Positions 51,101-64,000 of a stretch of 64,000 bases of DNA are shown piece by piece. Origin of the DNA: the human T2T-CHM13v2.0 reference genome, Homo sapiens; assembly GCF_009914755.1 (NCBI RefSeq), contig NC_060947.1; one strand, written 5' to 3'. How positions within the stretch are numbered: the first letter of the stretch is position 1; every line of letters starts with the position of its first letter. Both the position numbers and the translations under genes were made by a program. Below the pieces are notes generated by a model. That model saw only the letters and a program-made list of their open reading frames with translations, had not been told where the DNA came from and ran no database searches.

Positions 51101-53675
51101 TCACTCAGAAGTTTCTGAGAATGCTTCTCTTTAGTTTTTACGTGAACATATACCCGTTTCGAACGAAGGCCACCCAGTGGTCCAAATATCCACTTGCAGA
51201 TTCTACAGAAAGAGTGTTTCGAACCTGAACTCTCAAAGGCAGGTTTATCTCTGCGAGTTAAATGCATTCATCATGAAGAACTTTCTCAGAGTGTTTGTGT
51301 TTAGTTATGGGAAATTATTCCCGTTTCCAACGAAATCCTCAGAGAGCTCCAAATATCCACCTGCAGATTCTACCAAAAGTGTATTTGGAAACTGCTCCAT
51401 CAAAAGGCATGTTCAGCTCTGTGAGTGAAACTCCATCATCACAAAGAATATTCTGAGAATGCTTCCGTTTGCCTTTTATATGAAGTTCCTTCCTGTACTA
51501 CCGTAGGCCTCAAAGCAGTCCAAATCTCCATTTGCAGATTCTACAAAAAGAGTGATTCCAATCTGCTCTATCAATAGGATTGTTCAACTCCATGAGTTGA
51601 ATGCCATCCTCACAAAGCAGTTTCTGAGAATGCTTCTATCTGGTTTTTGTGTGAAGATATTTCCTTTTCCACCACAGGCCTCAAAGCCCTCCAAACGTCC
51701 ACTTGCAGATTCTCGAAAAAGAGTGTTTCATAGCTGCTCTTTCAAAAGGAAAGTTCAACTCTGGGAGTTGAATACAAACATCACAAAATAGTTTCCGAGA
51801 ATGCTTCTGTTTAGTTTTTATGTGAAGATGATCCCGTTTCCAGTGAAATCTTCAAAGAGGTCCACATATCCCCTTGCAGATTCCAAAGAAAGAGGGTTTC
51901 AAAACTGCTCCATCAGAAGGATTGTTCAACTCTGTGAGTTGAATGCAGTCATCGCAGAAAACTTTCTGAGAATGCTTCTGTCTAGGTTTGATGTGAAGAT
52001 ATAGACGTTTCAAACGAAGGCTACAAAGTGGTCAAAATATACACTTGCAGATTCTACTACAAGGGTGTTGCAAACCTGAACTATCAAAGGAAGGTTCAAC
52101 TCTGTGAGTTGAATACAAACATCACAAAGAATGTTCTGAGTTTGCTTCCGTTCAGTTATGGGAAGTTGATCCCGTTTCCAACGAAATCCTCAGAGAGGTC
52201 CAAATATCCCCTCACAGATTCTACAAAACGTGTGTTTGGAAACTGCTCCATCATAACGAATGTTCAGCTCCCTGAGTTAAACTCCATCGTCACAAAGAAT
52301 TTTCTGAGAGTGCTACCGTCTGGTTTTTATATGAAGTTCTTTCCTTCACTACCACAGGCCTCAAAGCGGTCCAAATCTCCACTTGCAGATTCTACAAAAA
52401 GAGTGTTTGCAAACTGCTCTATCAAAAGGAATGTTCAACTCTGGGAGTTGAATGCAATCATCACAGAGCAGTTTCTGAGAATGCTTCTATGTCGTTTTTA
52501 GGAGAAGATATTTCCTTTTCCAACACAGTCCTCCAAGCCCGCTAAATAGCCACTTGCACATTGCAGAAAAAGTGTATCAAAGCTGCGCTATCAAAGGGAA
52601 AGTTCAACTCTGTGAGGTGAATGCAAACATCCCAAAGAAGTTTCTGAGAATGCTTCCGTTTAGCTTTTAGGTGAAGATTATCCCGTTTCCAACGAAACCT
52701 TCAAAGAGGTCCAAATATCCCCTTGCGGATCCCACAGAAAGAGTGTTTCGAAACTGCTGTTTCAAAAGGAATCTTCAACTCTGTGAGTTGAATGCAATCA
52801 TCACAAAGAAGTTTCTGACAATGCTTCTCTCTCGTCTTTCTGTGAAGATAAAAGGAAAGGCTTTCAGGCCTTTTCCACCACAGGCCTGAAAGCGCTCCAA
52901 ATGTCCACTTGCAGATTCTGCGAAAAGAATATTTCAAAACTGCTCTATGAAAAGCAATGTTAAACTCTGTGGCTGGAACACAAACATCACAAAGCGGTTT
53001 CTGAGAATGTTTCAGTTTAGTTTTTCTGTGGAAATATTCCCGTTTCCAAAGAAATCTTCAAAGAGGTCCACGTATCCACTTACAGATTCTACAAAAAGAC
53101 AGTTTCAAAACTGCTCCATCAAAAGGAGGGTTCAACTGTGTGACTTGAATGCAATCATCACTCAGAAGTTTCTGAGAATGCTTCTCTTTAGTTTTTACGT
53201 GAACATATACCCGTTTCGAACGAAGGCCACCCAGTGGTCCAAATATCCACTTGCAGATTCTACAGAAAGAGTGTTTCGAACCTGAACTCTCAAAGGCAGG
53301 TTCATCTCTGCAAGTTAAATGCATTCATCATGAAGAACTTTCTCAGAGTGTTTGTGTTTAGTTATGGGAAATTATTCCCGTTTCCAACGAAATCCTCAGA
53401 GAGCTCCAAATATCCACCTGCTGATTCTACCAAAAGTGTATTTGGAAACTGCTCCATCAAAAGGCATGTTCAGCTCTGTGAGTGAAACTCCATCATCACA
53501 AAGAATATTCTGAGAATGCTTCCGTTTGCCTTTTATCTGAAGTTCCTTCCTATACGACCGTAGGCCTCAAAGCAGTCCAAATCTCCATTTGCAGATTCTA
53601 CAAAAAGAGTGATTCCAATCTGCTCTATCAATAGGATTGTTCAACTCCATGAGTTGAATGCCATCCTCACAAAGT
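45194..53675. repeat. Tandem duplication of a 2-HOR block (4114-bp offset)
   Basis: Rare variants paired at +4114: GAAGGTATT, GCCTCCAAGC, CAAATGAAG (45844/49958), CATTGCAG, GTGTATCAA, TAAAAGGAAAGG (48739/52853), CCTGCTGA (49307/53421-53422 region). Confidence 0.85.
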
Positions 53676-56600
53676 AGTTTCTGAGAATGCTTCTATCTAG
53701 TTTTTATGTGAAGATATTTCCTTTTCCACCACAGGCCTCAAAGCCCTCCAAACGTCCACTTGCAGATTCTCGAAAAAGAGTGTTTCATAGCTGCTCTTTC
53801 AAAAGGAAAGTTCAACTCTGGGAGTTGAATACAAACATCACAAAGTAGTTTCCGAGAATGCTTCTGTTTAGTTCTTATGTGAAGATGATCCCGTTTCCAG
53901 TGAAATCTTCAAAGAGGTCCACATATCCCCTTGCAGATTCCAAAGAAAGAGGGTTTCAAAACTGCTCCATCAGAAGGATTGTTCAACTGTGTGAGTTGAA
54001 TGCAGTCATCGCAGAAAACTTTCTGAGAATGCTTCTGTCTAGGTTTGATGTGAAGATATAGACGTTTCAAACGAAGGCTACAAAGTGGTCAAAATATACA
54101 CTTGCAGATTCTACTACAAGGGTGTTGCAAACCTGAACTATCAAAGGAAGGTTCAACTCTGTGAGTTGAATACAAACATCACAAAGAATGTTCTGAGTTT
54201 GCTTCCGTTCAGTTATGGGAAGTTGATCCCGTTTCCAACGAAATCCTCAGAGAGGTCCAAATATCCCCTCGCAGATTCTACAAAACGTGTGTTTGGAAAC
54301 TGCTCCATCATAACGAATGTTCAGCTCCCTGAGTTAAACTCCATCGTCACAAAGAATTTTCTGAGAGTGCTACCGTCTGGTTTTTATATGAAGTTCTTTC
54401 CTTCACTACCACAGGCCTCAAAGCGGTCCAAATCTCCACTTGCAGATTCTACAAAAAGAGTGTTTGCAAACTGCTCTATCAAAAGGAATGTTCAACTCTG
54501 GGAGTTGAATGCAATCATCACAGAGCAGTTTCTGAGAATGCTTCTATGTCGTTTTTAGGAGAAGATATTTCCTTTTCCAACACAGTCCTCCAAGCCCGCT
54601 AAATAGCCACTTGCACATTGTAGAAAAAGTGTGTCAAAGCTGCGCTATCAAAGGGAAAGTTCAACTCTGTGAGGTGAATGCAAACATCCCAAAGAAGTTT
54701 CTGAGAATGCTTCCGTTTAGCTTTTAGGTGAAGATTATCCCGTTTCCAACGAAACCTTCAAAGAGGTCCAAATATCCCCTTGCGGATCCCACAGAAAGAG
54801 TGTTTCGAAACTGCTGTTTCAAAAGGAATCTTCAACTCTGTGAGTTGAATGCAATCATCACAAAGAAGTTTCTGACAATGCTTCTCTCTCGTCTTTCTGT
54901 GAAGATAAAGGAAAAGGCTTTCAGGCCTTTTCCACCACAGGCCTGAAAGCGCTCCAAATGTCCACTTGCAGATTCTGCGAAAAGAATATTTCAAAACTGC
55001 TCTGTGAAAAGCAATGTTAAACTCTGTGGCTCGAACACAAACATCACAAAGCGGTTTCTGAGAATGCTTCAGTTTAGTTTTTCTGTGGAAATATTCCCGT
55101 TTCCAAAGAAATCTTCAAAGAGGTCCACGTATCCACTTACAGATTCTACAAAAAGACAGTTTCAAAACTGCTCCATCAAAAGGAGGGTTCAACCGTGTGA
55201 CTTGAATGCAATCATCACTCAGAAGTTTCTGAGAATGCTTCTCTTTAGTTTTTACGTGAACATATACCCGTTTCGAACGAAGGCCACCCAGTGGTCCAAA
55301 TATCCACTTGCAGATTCTACAGAAAGAGTGTTTCGAACCTGAACTCTCAAAGGCAGGTTCATCTCTGCGAGTTAAATGCATTCATCATGAAGAACTTTCT
55401 CAGAGTGTTTGTGTTTAGTTATGGGAAATTATTCCCGTTTCCAACGAAATCCTCAGAGAGCTCCAAATATCCACCTGCAGATTCTACCAAAAGTGTATTT
55501 GGAAACTGCTCCATCAAAAGGCATGTTCAGCTCTGTGAGTGAAACTCCATCATCACAAAGAATATTCTGAGAATGCTTCCGTTTGCCTTTTATATGAAGT
55601 TCCTTCCTGTACTACCGTAGGCCTCAAAGCAGTCCAAATCTCCATTTGCAGATTCTACAAAAAGAGTGATTCCAATCTGCTCTATCAATAGGATTGTTCA
55701 ACTCCATGAGTTGAATGCCATCCTCACAAAGTAGTTTCTGAGAATGCTTCTATCTGGTTTTTGTGTGAAGATATTTCCTTTTCCACCACAGGCCTCAAAG
55801 CCCTCCAAACGTCCACTTGCAGATTCTCGAAAAAGAGTGTTTCATAGCTGCTCTTTCAAAAGGAAAGTTCAACTCTGGGAGTTGAATACAAACATCACAA
55901 AATAGTTTCCGAGAATGCTTCTGTTTAGTTTTTATGTGAAGATGATCCCGTTTCCAGTGAAATCTTCAAAGAGGTCCACATATCCCCTTGCAGATTCCAA
56001 AGAAAGAGGGTTTAAAAACTGCTCCATCAGAAGGATTGTTCAACTCTGTGAGTTGAATGCAGTCATCGCAGAAAACTTTCTGAGAATGCTTCTGTCTAGG
56101 TTTGATGTGAAGATATAGACGTTTCAAACGAAGGCTACAAAGTGGTCAAAATATACACTTGCAGATTCTACTACAAGGGTGTTGCAAACCTGAACTATCA
56201 AAGGAAGGTTCAACTCTGTGAGTTGAATACAAACATCACAAAGAATGTTCTGAGTTTGCTTCCGTTCAGTTATGGGAAGTTGATCCCGTTTCCAACGAAA
56301 TCCTCAGAGAGGTCCAAATATCCCCTCGCAGATTCTACAAAACGTGTGTTTGGAAACTGCTCCATCATAACGAATGTTCAGCTCCCTGAGTTAAACTCCA
56401 TCGTCACAAAGAATTTTCTGAGAGTGCTACCGTCTGGTTTTTATATGAAGTTCTTTCCTTCACTACCACAGGCCTCAAAGCGGTCCAAATCTCCACTTGC
56501 AGATTCTACAAAAAGAGTGTTTGCAAACTGCTCTATCAAAAGGAATGTTCAACTCTGGGAGTTGAATGCAATCATCACAGAGCAGTTTCTGAGAATGCTT

Positions 56601-59600
56601 CTATGTCGTTTTTAGGAGAAGATATTTCCTTTTCCAACACAGTCCTCCAAGCCCGCTAAATAGCCACTTGCACATTGTAGAAAAAGTGTGTCAAAGCTGC
56701 GCTATCAAAGGGAAAGTTCAACTCTGTGAGGTGAATGCAAACATCCCAAAGAAGTTTCTGAGAATGCTTCCGTTTAGCTTTTAGGTGAAGATTATCCCGT
56801 TTCCAACGAAACCTTCAAAGAGGTCCAAATATCCCCTTGCGGATCCCACAGAAAGAGTGTTTCGAAACTGCTGTTTCAAAAGGAATCTTCAACTCTGTGA
56901 GTTGAATGCAATCATCACAAAGAAGTTTCTGACAATGCTTCTCTCTCGTCTTTCTGTGAAGATAAAGGAAAAGGCTTTCAGGCCTTTTCCACCACAGGCC
57001 TGAAAGCGCTCCAAATGTCCACTTGCAGATTCTGCCAAAAGAATATTTCAAAACTGCTCTATGAAAAGCAATGTTAAACTCTGCGGCTCGAACACAAACA
57101 TCACAAAGCGGTTTCTGAGAATGCTTCAGTTTAGTTTTTCTGTGGAAATATTCCCGTTTCCAAAGAAATCTTCAAAGAGGTCCACGTATCCACTTACAGA
57201 TTCTACAAAAAGACAGTTTCAAAACTGCTCCATCAAAAGGAGGGTTCAACTGTGTGACTTCAATGCAATCATCACTCAGAAGTTTCTGAGAATGCTTCTC
57301 TTTAGTTTTTACGTGAACATATACCCGTTTCGAACGAAGGCCACCCAGTGGTCCAAATATCCACTTGCAGATTCTACAGAAAGAGTGTTTCGAACCTGAA
57401 CTCTCAAAGGCAGGTTCATCTCTGCGAGTTAAATGCATTCATCATGAAGAACTTTCTCAGCGTGTTTGTGTTTAGTTATGGGAAATTATTCCCGTTTCCA
57501 ACGAAATCCTCAAAGAGCTCCAAATATCCACCTGCAGATTCTACCAAAAGTGTATTTGGAAACTGCTCCATCAAAAGGCATGTTCAGCTCTGTGAGTGAA
57601 ACTCCATCATCACAAAGAATATTCTGAGAATGCTTCCGTTTGCCTTTTATATGAAGTTCCTTCCTATACGACCGTAGGCCTCAAAGCAGTCCAAATCTCC
57701 ATTTGCAGATTCTACAAAAAGAGTGATTCCAATCTGCTCTATCAATAGGATTGTTCAACTCCATGAGTTGAATGCCATCCTCACAAAGTAGTTTCTGAGA
57801 ATGCTTCTATCTGGTTTTTATGTGAAGATATTTCCTTTTCCACCACAGGCCTCAAAGCCCTCCAAACGTCCACTTGCAGATTCTCGAAAAAGAGTGTTTC
57901 ATAGCTGCTCTTTCAAAAGGAAAGTTCAACTCTGGGAGTTGAATACAAACATCACAAAGTAGTTTCCGAGAATGCTTCTGTTTAGTTTTTATGTGAAGAT
58001 GATCCCGTTTCCAGTGAAATCTTCAAAGAGGTCCACATATCCCCTTGCAGATTCCAAAGAAAGAGGGTTTCAAAACTGCTCCATCAGAAGGATTGTTCAA
58101 CTGTGTGAGTTGAATGCAGTCATCGCAGAAAACTTTCTGAGAATGCTTCTGTCTAGGTTTGATGTGAAGATATAGACGTTTCAAACGAAGGCTACAAAGT
58201 GGTCAAAATATACACTTGCAGATTCTACTACAAGGGTGTTGCAAACCTGAACTATCAAAGGAAGGTTCAACTCTGTGAGTTGAATACAAACATCACAAAG
58301 AATGTTCTGAGTTTGCTTCCGTTCAGTTATGGGAAGTTGATCCCGTTTCCAACGAAATCCTCAGAGAGGTCCAAATATCCCCTTGCAGATTCTACAAAAC
58401 GTGTGTTTGGAAACTGCTCCATCATAACGAATGTTCAGCTCCCTGAGTTAAACTCCATCGTCACAAAGAATTTTCTGAGAGTGCTACCGTCTGGTTTTTA
58501 TATGAAGTTCTTTCCTTCACTACCACAGGCCTCAAAGCGGTCCAAATCTCCACTTGCAGATTCTACAAAAAGAGTGTTTGCAAACTGCTCTATCAAAAGG
58601 AATGTTCAACTCTGGGAGTTGAATGCAATCATCACAGAGCAGTTTCTGAGAATGCTTCTATGTCGTTTTTAGGAGAAGATATTTCCTTTTCCAACACAGT
58701 CCTCCAAGCCCGCTAAATAGCCACTTGCACATTGTAGAAAAAGTGTGTCAAAGCTGCGCTATCAAAGGGAAAGTTCAACTCTGTGAGGTGAATGCAAACA
58801 TCCCAAAGAAGTTTCTGAGAATGCTTCCGTTTAGCTTTTAGGTGAAGATTATCCCGTTTCCAACGAAACCTTCAAAGAGGTCCAAATATCCCCTTGCGGA
58901 TCCCACAGAAAGAGTGTTTCGAAACTGCTGTTTCAAAAGGAATCTTCAACTCTGTGAGTTGAATGCAATCATCACAAAGAAGTTTCTGACAATGCTTCTC
59001 TCTCGTCTTTCTGTGAAGATAAAGGAAAAGGCTTTCAGGCCTTTTCCACCACAGGCCTGAAAGCGCTCCAAATGTCCACTTGCAGATTCTGCCAAAAGAA
59101 TATTTCAAAACTGCTCTATGAAAAGCAATGTTAAACTCTGTGGCTGGAACACAAACATCACAAAGCGGTTTCTGAGAATGTTTCAGTTTAGTTTTTCTGT
59201 GGAAATATTCCCGTTTCCAAAGAAATCTTCAAAGAGGTCCACGTATCCACTTACAGATTCTACAAAAAGACAGTTTCAAAACTGCTCCATCAAAAGGAGG
59301 GTTCAACTGTGTGACTTGAATGCAATCATCACTCAGAAGTTTCTGAGAATGCTTCTCTTTAGTTTTTACGTGAACATATACCCGTTTCGAACGAAGGCCA
59401 CCCAGTGGTCCAAATATCCACTTGCAGATTCTACAGAAAGAGTGTTTCGAACCTGAACTCTCAAAGGCAGGTTCATCTCTGCGAGTTAAATGCATTCATC
59501 ATGAAGAACTTTCTCAGAGTGTTTGTGTTTAGTTATGGGAAATTATTCCCGTTTCCAACGAAATCCTCAGAGAGCTCCAAATATCCACCTGCAGATTCTA

Positions 59601-62600
59601 CCAAAAGTGTATTTGGAAACTGCTCCATCAAAAGGCATGTTCAGCTCTGTCAGTGAAACTCCATCATCACAAAGAATATTCTGAGAATGCTTCCGTTTGC
59701 CTTTTATATGAAGTTCCTTCCTGTACTACCGTAGGCCTCAAAGCAGTCCAAATCTCCATTTGCAGATTCTACAAAAAGAGTGATTCCAATCTGCTCTATC
59801 AATAGGATTGTTCAACTCCATGAGTTGAATGCCATCCTCACAAAGTCGTTTCTGAGAATGCTTCTATCTGGTTTTTGTGTGAAGATATTTCCTTTTCCAC
59901 CACAGGCCTCAAAGCCCTCCAAACGTCCACTTGCAGATTCTCGAAAAAGAGTGTTTCATAGCTGCTCTTTCAAAAGGAAAGTTCAACTCTGGGAGTTGAA
60001 TACAAACATCACAAAATAGTTTCCGAGAATGCTTCTGTTTAGTTTTTATGTGAAGATGATCCCGTTTCCAGTGAAATCTTCAAAGAGGTCCACATATCCC
60101 CTTGCAGATTCCAAAGAAAGAGGGTTTAAAAACTGCTCCATCAGAAGGATTGTTCAACTCTGTGAGTTGAATGCAGTCATCGCAGAAAACTTTCTGAGAA
60201 TGCTTCTGTCTAGGTTTGATGTGAAGATATAGACGTTTCAAACGAAGGCTACAAAGTGGTCAAAATATACACTTGCAGATTCTACTACAAGGGTGTTGCA
60301 AACCTGAACTATCAAAGGAAGGTTCAACTCTGTGAATTGAATACAAACATCACAAAGAATGTTCTGAGTTTGCTTCCGTTCAGTTATGGGAAGTTGATCC
60401 CGTTTCCAACGAAATCCTCAGAGAGGTCCAAATATCCCCTCGCAGATTCTACAAAACGTGTGTTTGGAAACTGCTCCATCATAACGAATGTTCAGCTCCC
60501 TGAGTTAAACTCCATCGTCACAAAGAATTTTCTGAGAGTGCTACCGTCTGGTTTTTATATGAAGTTCTTTCCTTCACTACCACAGGCCTCAAAGCGGTCC
60601 AAATCTCCACTTGCAGATTCTACAAAAAGAGTGTTTGCAAACTGCTCTATCAAAAGGAATGTTCAACTCTGGGAGTTGAATGCAATCATCACAGAGCAGT
60701 TTCTGAGAATGCTTCTATGTCGTTTTTAGGAGAAGATATTTCCTTTTCCAACACAGTCCTCCAAGCCCGCTAAATAGCCACTTGCACATTGTAGAAAAAG
60801 TGTGTCAAAGCTGCGCTATCAAAGGGAAAGTTCAACTCTGTGAGGTGAATGCAAACATCCCAAAGAAGTTTCTGAGAATGCTTCCGTTTAGCTTTTAGGT
60901 GAAGATTATCCCGTTTCCAACGAAACCTTCAAAGAGGTCCAAATATCCCCTTGCGGATCCCACAGAAAGAGTGTTTCGAAACTGCTGTTTCAAAAGGAAT
61001 CTTCAACTCTGTGAGTTGAATGCAATCATCACAAAGAAGTTTCTGACAATGCTTCTCTCTCGTCTTTCTGTGAAGATAAAGGAAAAGGCTTTCAGGCCTT
61101 TTCCACCACAGGCCTGAAAGCGCTCCAAATGTCCACTTGCAGATTCTGCCAAAAGAATATTTCAAAACTGCTCTATGAAAAGCAATGTTAAACTCTGTGG
61201 CTGGAACACAAACATCACAAAGCGGTTTCTGAGAATGTTTCAGTTTAGTTTTTCTGTGGAAATATTCCCGTTTCCAAAGAAATCTTCAAAGAGGTCCACG
61301 TATCCACTTACAGATTCTACAAAAAGACAGTTTCAAAACTGCTCCATCAAAAGGAGGGTTCAACTGTGTGACTTGAATGCAATCATCACTCAGAAGTTTC
61401 TGAGAATGCTTCTCTTTAGTTTTTACGTGAACATATACCCGTTTCGAACGAAGGCCACCCAGTGGTCCAAATATCCACTTGCAGATTCTACAGAAAGAGT
61501 GTTTCGAACCTGAACTCTCAAAGGCAGGTTCATCTCTGCGAGTTAAATGCATTCATCATGAAGAACTTTCTCAGAGTGTTTGTGTTTAGTTATGGGAAAT
61601 TATTCCCGTTTCCAACGAAATCCTCAGAGTGGTCCAAATATCCACCTGCAGATTCTACCAAAAGTGTATTTGGAAACTGCTCCATCAAAAGGCATGTTCA
61701 GCTCTGTCAGTGAAACTCCATCATCACAAAGAATATTCTGAGAATGCTTCCGTTTGCCTTTTATCTGAAGTTCCTTCCTATACGACCGTAGGCCTCAAAG
61801 CAGTCCAAATCTCCATTTGCAGATTCTACAAAAAGAGTGATTCCAATCTGCTCTATCAATAGGATTGTTCAACTCCATGAGTTGAATGCCATCCTCACAA
61901 AGTAGTTTCTGAGAATGCTTCTATCTAGTTTTTATGTGAAGGTATTTCCTTTTCCACCACAGGCCTCCAAGCCCTCCAAACGTCCACTTGCAGATTCTCG
62001 AAAAAGAGTGTTTCATAGCTGCTCTTTCAAAAGGAAAGTTCAACTCTGGGAGTTGAATACAAACATCACAAAGTAGTTTCCGAGAATGCTTCTGTTTAGT
62101 TTTTATGTGAAGATGATCCCGTTTCCAGTGAAATCTTCAAAGAGGTCCACATATCCCCTTGCAGATTCCAAAGAAAGAGGGTTTAAAAACTGCTCCATCA
62201 GAAGGATTGTTCAACTCTGTGAGTTGAATGCAGTCATCGCAGAAAACTTTCTGAGAATGCTTCTGTCTAGGTTTGATGTGAAGATATAGACGTTTCAAAC
62301 GAAGGCTACAAAGTGGTCAAAATATACACTTGCAGATTCTACTACAAGGGTGTTGCAAACCTGAACTATCAAAGGAAGGTTCAACTCTGTGAATTGAATA
62401 CAAACATCACAAAGAATGTTCTGAGTTTGCTTCCGTTCAGTTATGGGAAGTTGATCCCGTTTCCAACGAAATCCTCAGAGAGGTCCAAATATCCCCTCGC
62501 AGATTCTACAAAACGTGTGTTTGGAAACTGCTCCATCATAACGAATGTTCAGCTCCCTGAGTTAAACTCCATCGTCACAAAGAATTTTCTGAGAGTGCTA

Positions 62601-64000
62601 CCGTCTGGTTTTTATATGAAGTTCTTTCCTTCACTACCACAGGCCTCAAAGCGGTCCAAATCTCCACTTGCAGATTCTACAAAAAGAGTGTTTGCAAACT
62701 GCTCTATGAAAAGGAATGTTCAACTCTGGGAGTTGAATGCAATCATCACAGAGCAGTTTCTGAGAATGCTTCTATGTCGTTTTTAGGAGAAGATATTTCC
62801 TTTTCCAACACAGTCCTCCAAGCCCGCTAAATAGCCACTTGCACATTGTAGAAAAAGTGTGTCAAAGCTGCGCTATCAAAGGGAAAGTTCAACTCTGTGA
62901 GGTGAATGCAAACATCCCAAAGAAGTTTCTGAGAATGCTTCCGTTTAGCTTTTAGGTGAAGATTATCCCGTTTCCAACGAAACCTTCAAAGAGGTCCAAA
63001 TATCCCCTTGCGGATCCCACAGAAAGAGTGTTTCGAAACTGCTGTTTCAAAAGGAATCTTCAACTCTGTGAGTTGAATGCAATCATCACAAAGAAGTTTC
63101 TGACAATGCTTCTCTCTCGTCTTTCTGTGAAGATAAAGGAAAAGGCTTTCAGGCCTTTTCCACCACAGGCCTGAAAGCGCTCCAAATGTCCACTTGCAGA
63201 TTCTGCCAAAAGAATATTTCAAAACTGCTCTATGAAAAGCAATGTTAAACTCTGTGGCTGGAACACAAACATCACAAAGCGGTTTCTGAGAATGTTTCAG
63301 TTTAGTTTTTCTGTGGAAATATTCCCGTTTCCAAAGAAATCTTCAAAGAGGTCCACGTATCCACTTACAGATTCTACAAAAAGACAGTTTCAAAACTGCT
63401 CCATCAAAAGGAGGGTTCAACTGTGTGACTTGAATGCAATCATCACTCAGAAGTTTCTGAGAATGCTTCTCTTTAGTTTTTACGTGAACATATACCCGTT
63501 TCGAACGAAGGCCACCCAGTGGTCCAAATATCCACTTGCAGATTCTACAGAAAGAGTGTTTCGAACCTGAACTCTCAAAGGCAGGTTCATCTCTGCGAGT
63601 TAAATGCATTCATCATGAAGAACTTTCTCAGAGTGTTTGTGTTTAGTTATGGGAAATTATTCCCGTTTCCAACGAAATCCTCAGAGAGCTCCAAATATCC
63701 ACCTGCAGATTCTACCAAAAGTGTATTTGGAAACTGCTCCATCAAAAGGCATGTTCAGCTCTGTCAGTGAAACTCCATCATCACAAAGAATATTCTGAGA
63801 ATGCTTCCGTTTGCCTTTTATATGAAGTTCCTTCCTGTACTACCGTAGGCCTCAAAGCAGTCCAAATCTCCATTTGCAGATTCTACAAAAAGAGTGATTC
63901 CAATCTGCTCTATCAATAGGATTGTTCAACTCCATGAGTTGAATGCCATCCTCACAAAGTCGTTTCTGAGAATGCTTCTATCTGGTTTTTGTGTGAAGAT

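Larger units (their letters stand above)
1..64000 (-). repeat. DXZ1: Centromeric alpha-satellite HOR array, 12-mer of 2057 bp, about 31.1 copies; consistent with human chrX DXZ1 (SF3). It runs off both window ends.
   Basis: ~171-bp monomers with alphoid hallmarks (TTCTGAGAATGCTT, CCACTTGCAGATTCTACAAAAAGAGTG, GTTCAACTCTGTGAGTTGAATGC). The same 157-aa ORF recurs 31 times (624, 2681, 4734 ... 62313) at 2057-bp spacing (four intervals of 2053, one of 2052). There is one GGATCC per unit. A 2.0-kb BamHI 12-mer is the established DXZ1 signature. Strand is given by CENP-B box orientation. Confidence 0.97.

Noticed and set aside
1-64000. CRISPR-like appearance (conserved short motifs separated by variable stretches)
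   Set aside because: The intervening sequences are homologous parts of diverged 171-bp monomers that repeat exactly every 2057 bp. There are no unique spacers and no cas genes.
1-64000. Mobile-element insertion, inversion or truncated HOR variant
   Set aside because: All 30 inter-unit distances are 2052-2057 bp and orientation never changes, leaving no room for an L1/Alu or for monomer gain or loss.

Overview
The whole 64 kb window is one uninterrupted, unidirectional array of centromeric alpha satellite: about 31.1 copies of a 12-monomer higher-order repeat (HOR) of 2057 bp, with one BamHI site per unit. Unit length, BamHI periodicity, pentameric (suprachromosomal family 3) monomer order and one 186-bp monomer match human X-chromosome DXZ1. 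Each unit has 4 intact CENP-B boxes (minus strand), 3 degenerate B-box slots and 5 A-type (pJalpha) slots. I see no genes, RNA genes, CRISPR arrays, mobile elements, inversions or monomer-level deletions; all ORFs are repeat artefacts. I found no support for a new coding system. The interesting signals are structural: a double overlapping inverted repeat built into the 186-bp monomer, nested multi-HOR duplications (7-, 5-, 2- and 1-HOR offsets) read from shared variants, a variant-domain boundary near 31.3 kb, apparent gene-conversion patches, CpG decay and two CENP-B box losses. Variant calls were made by eye and need confirmation by alignment.
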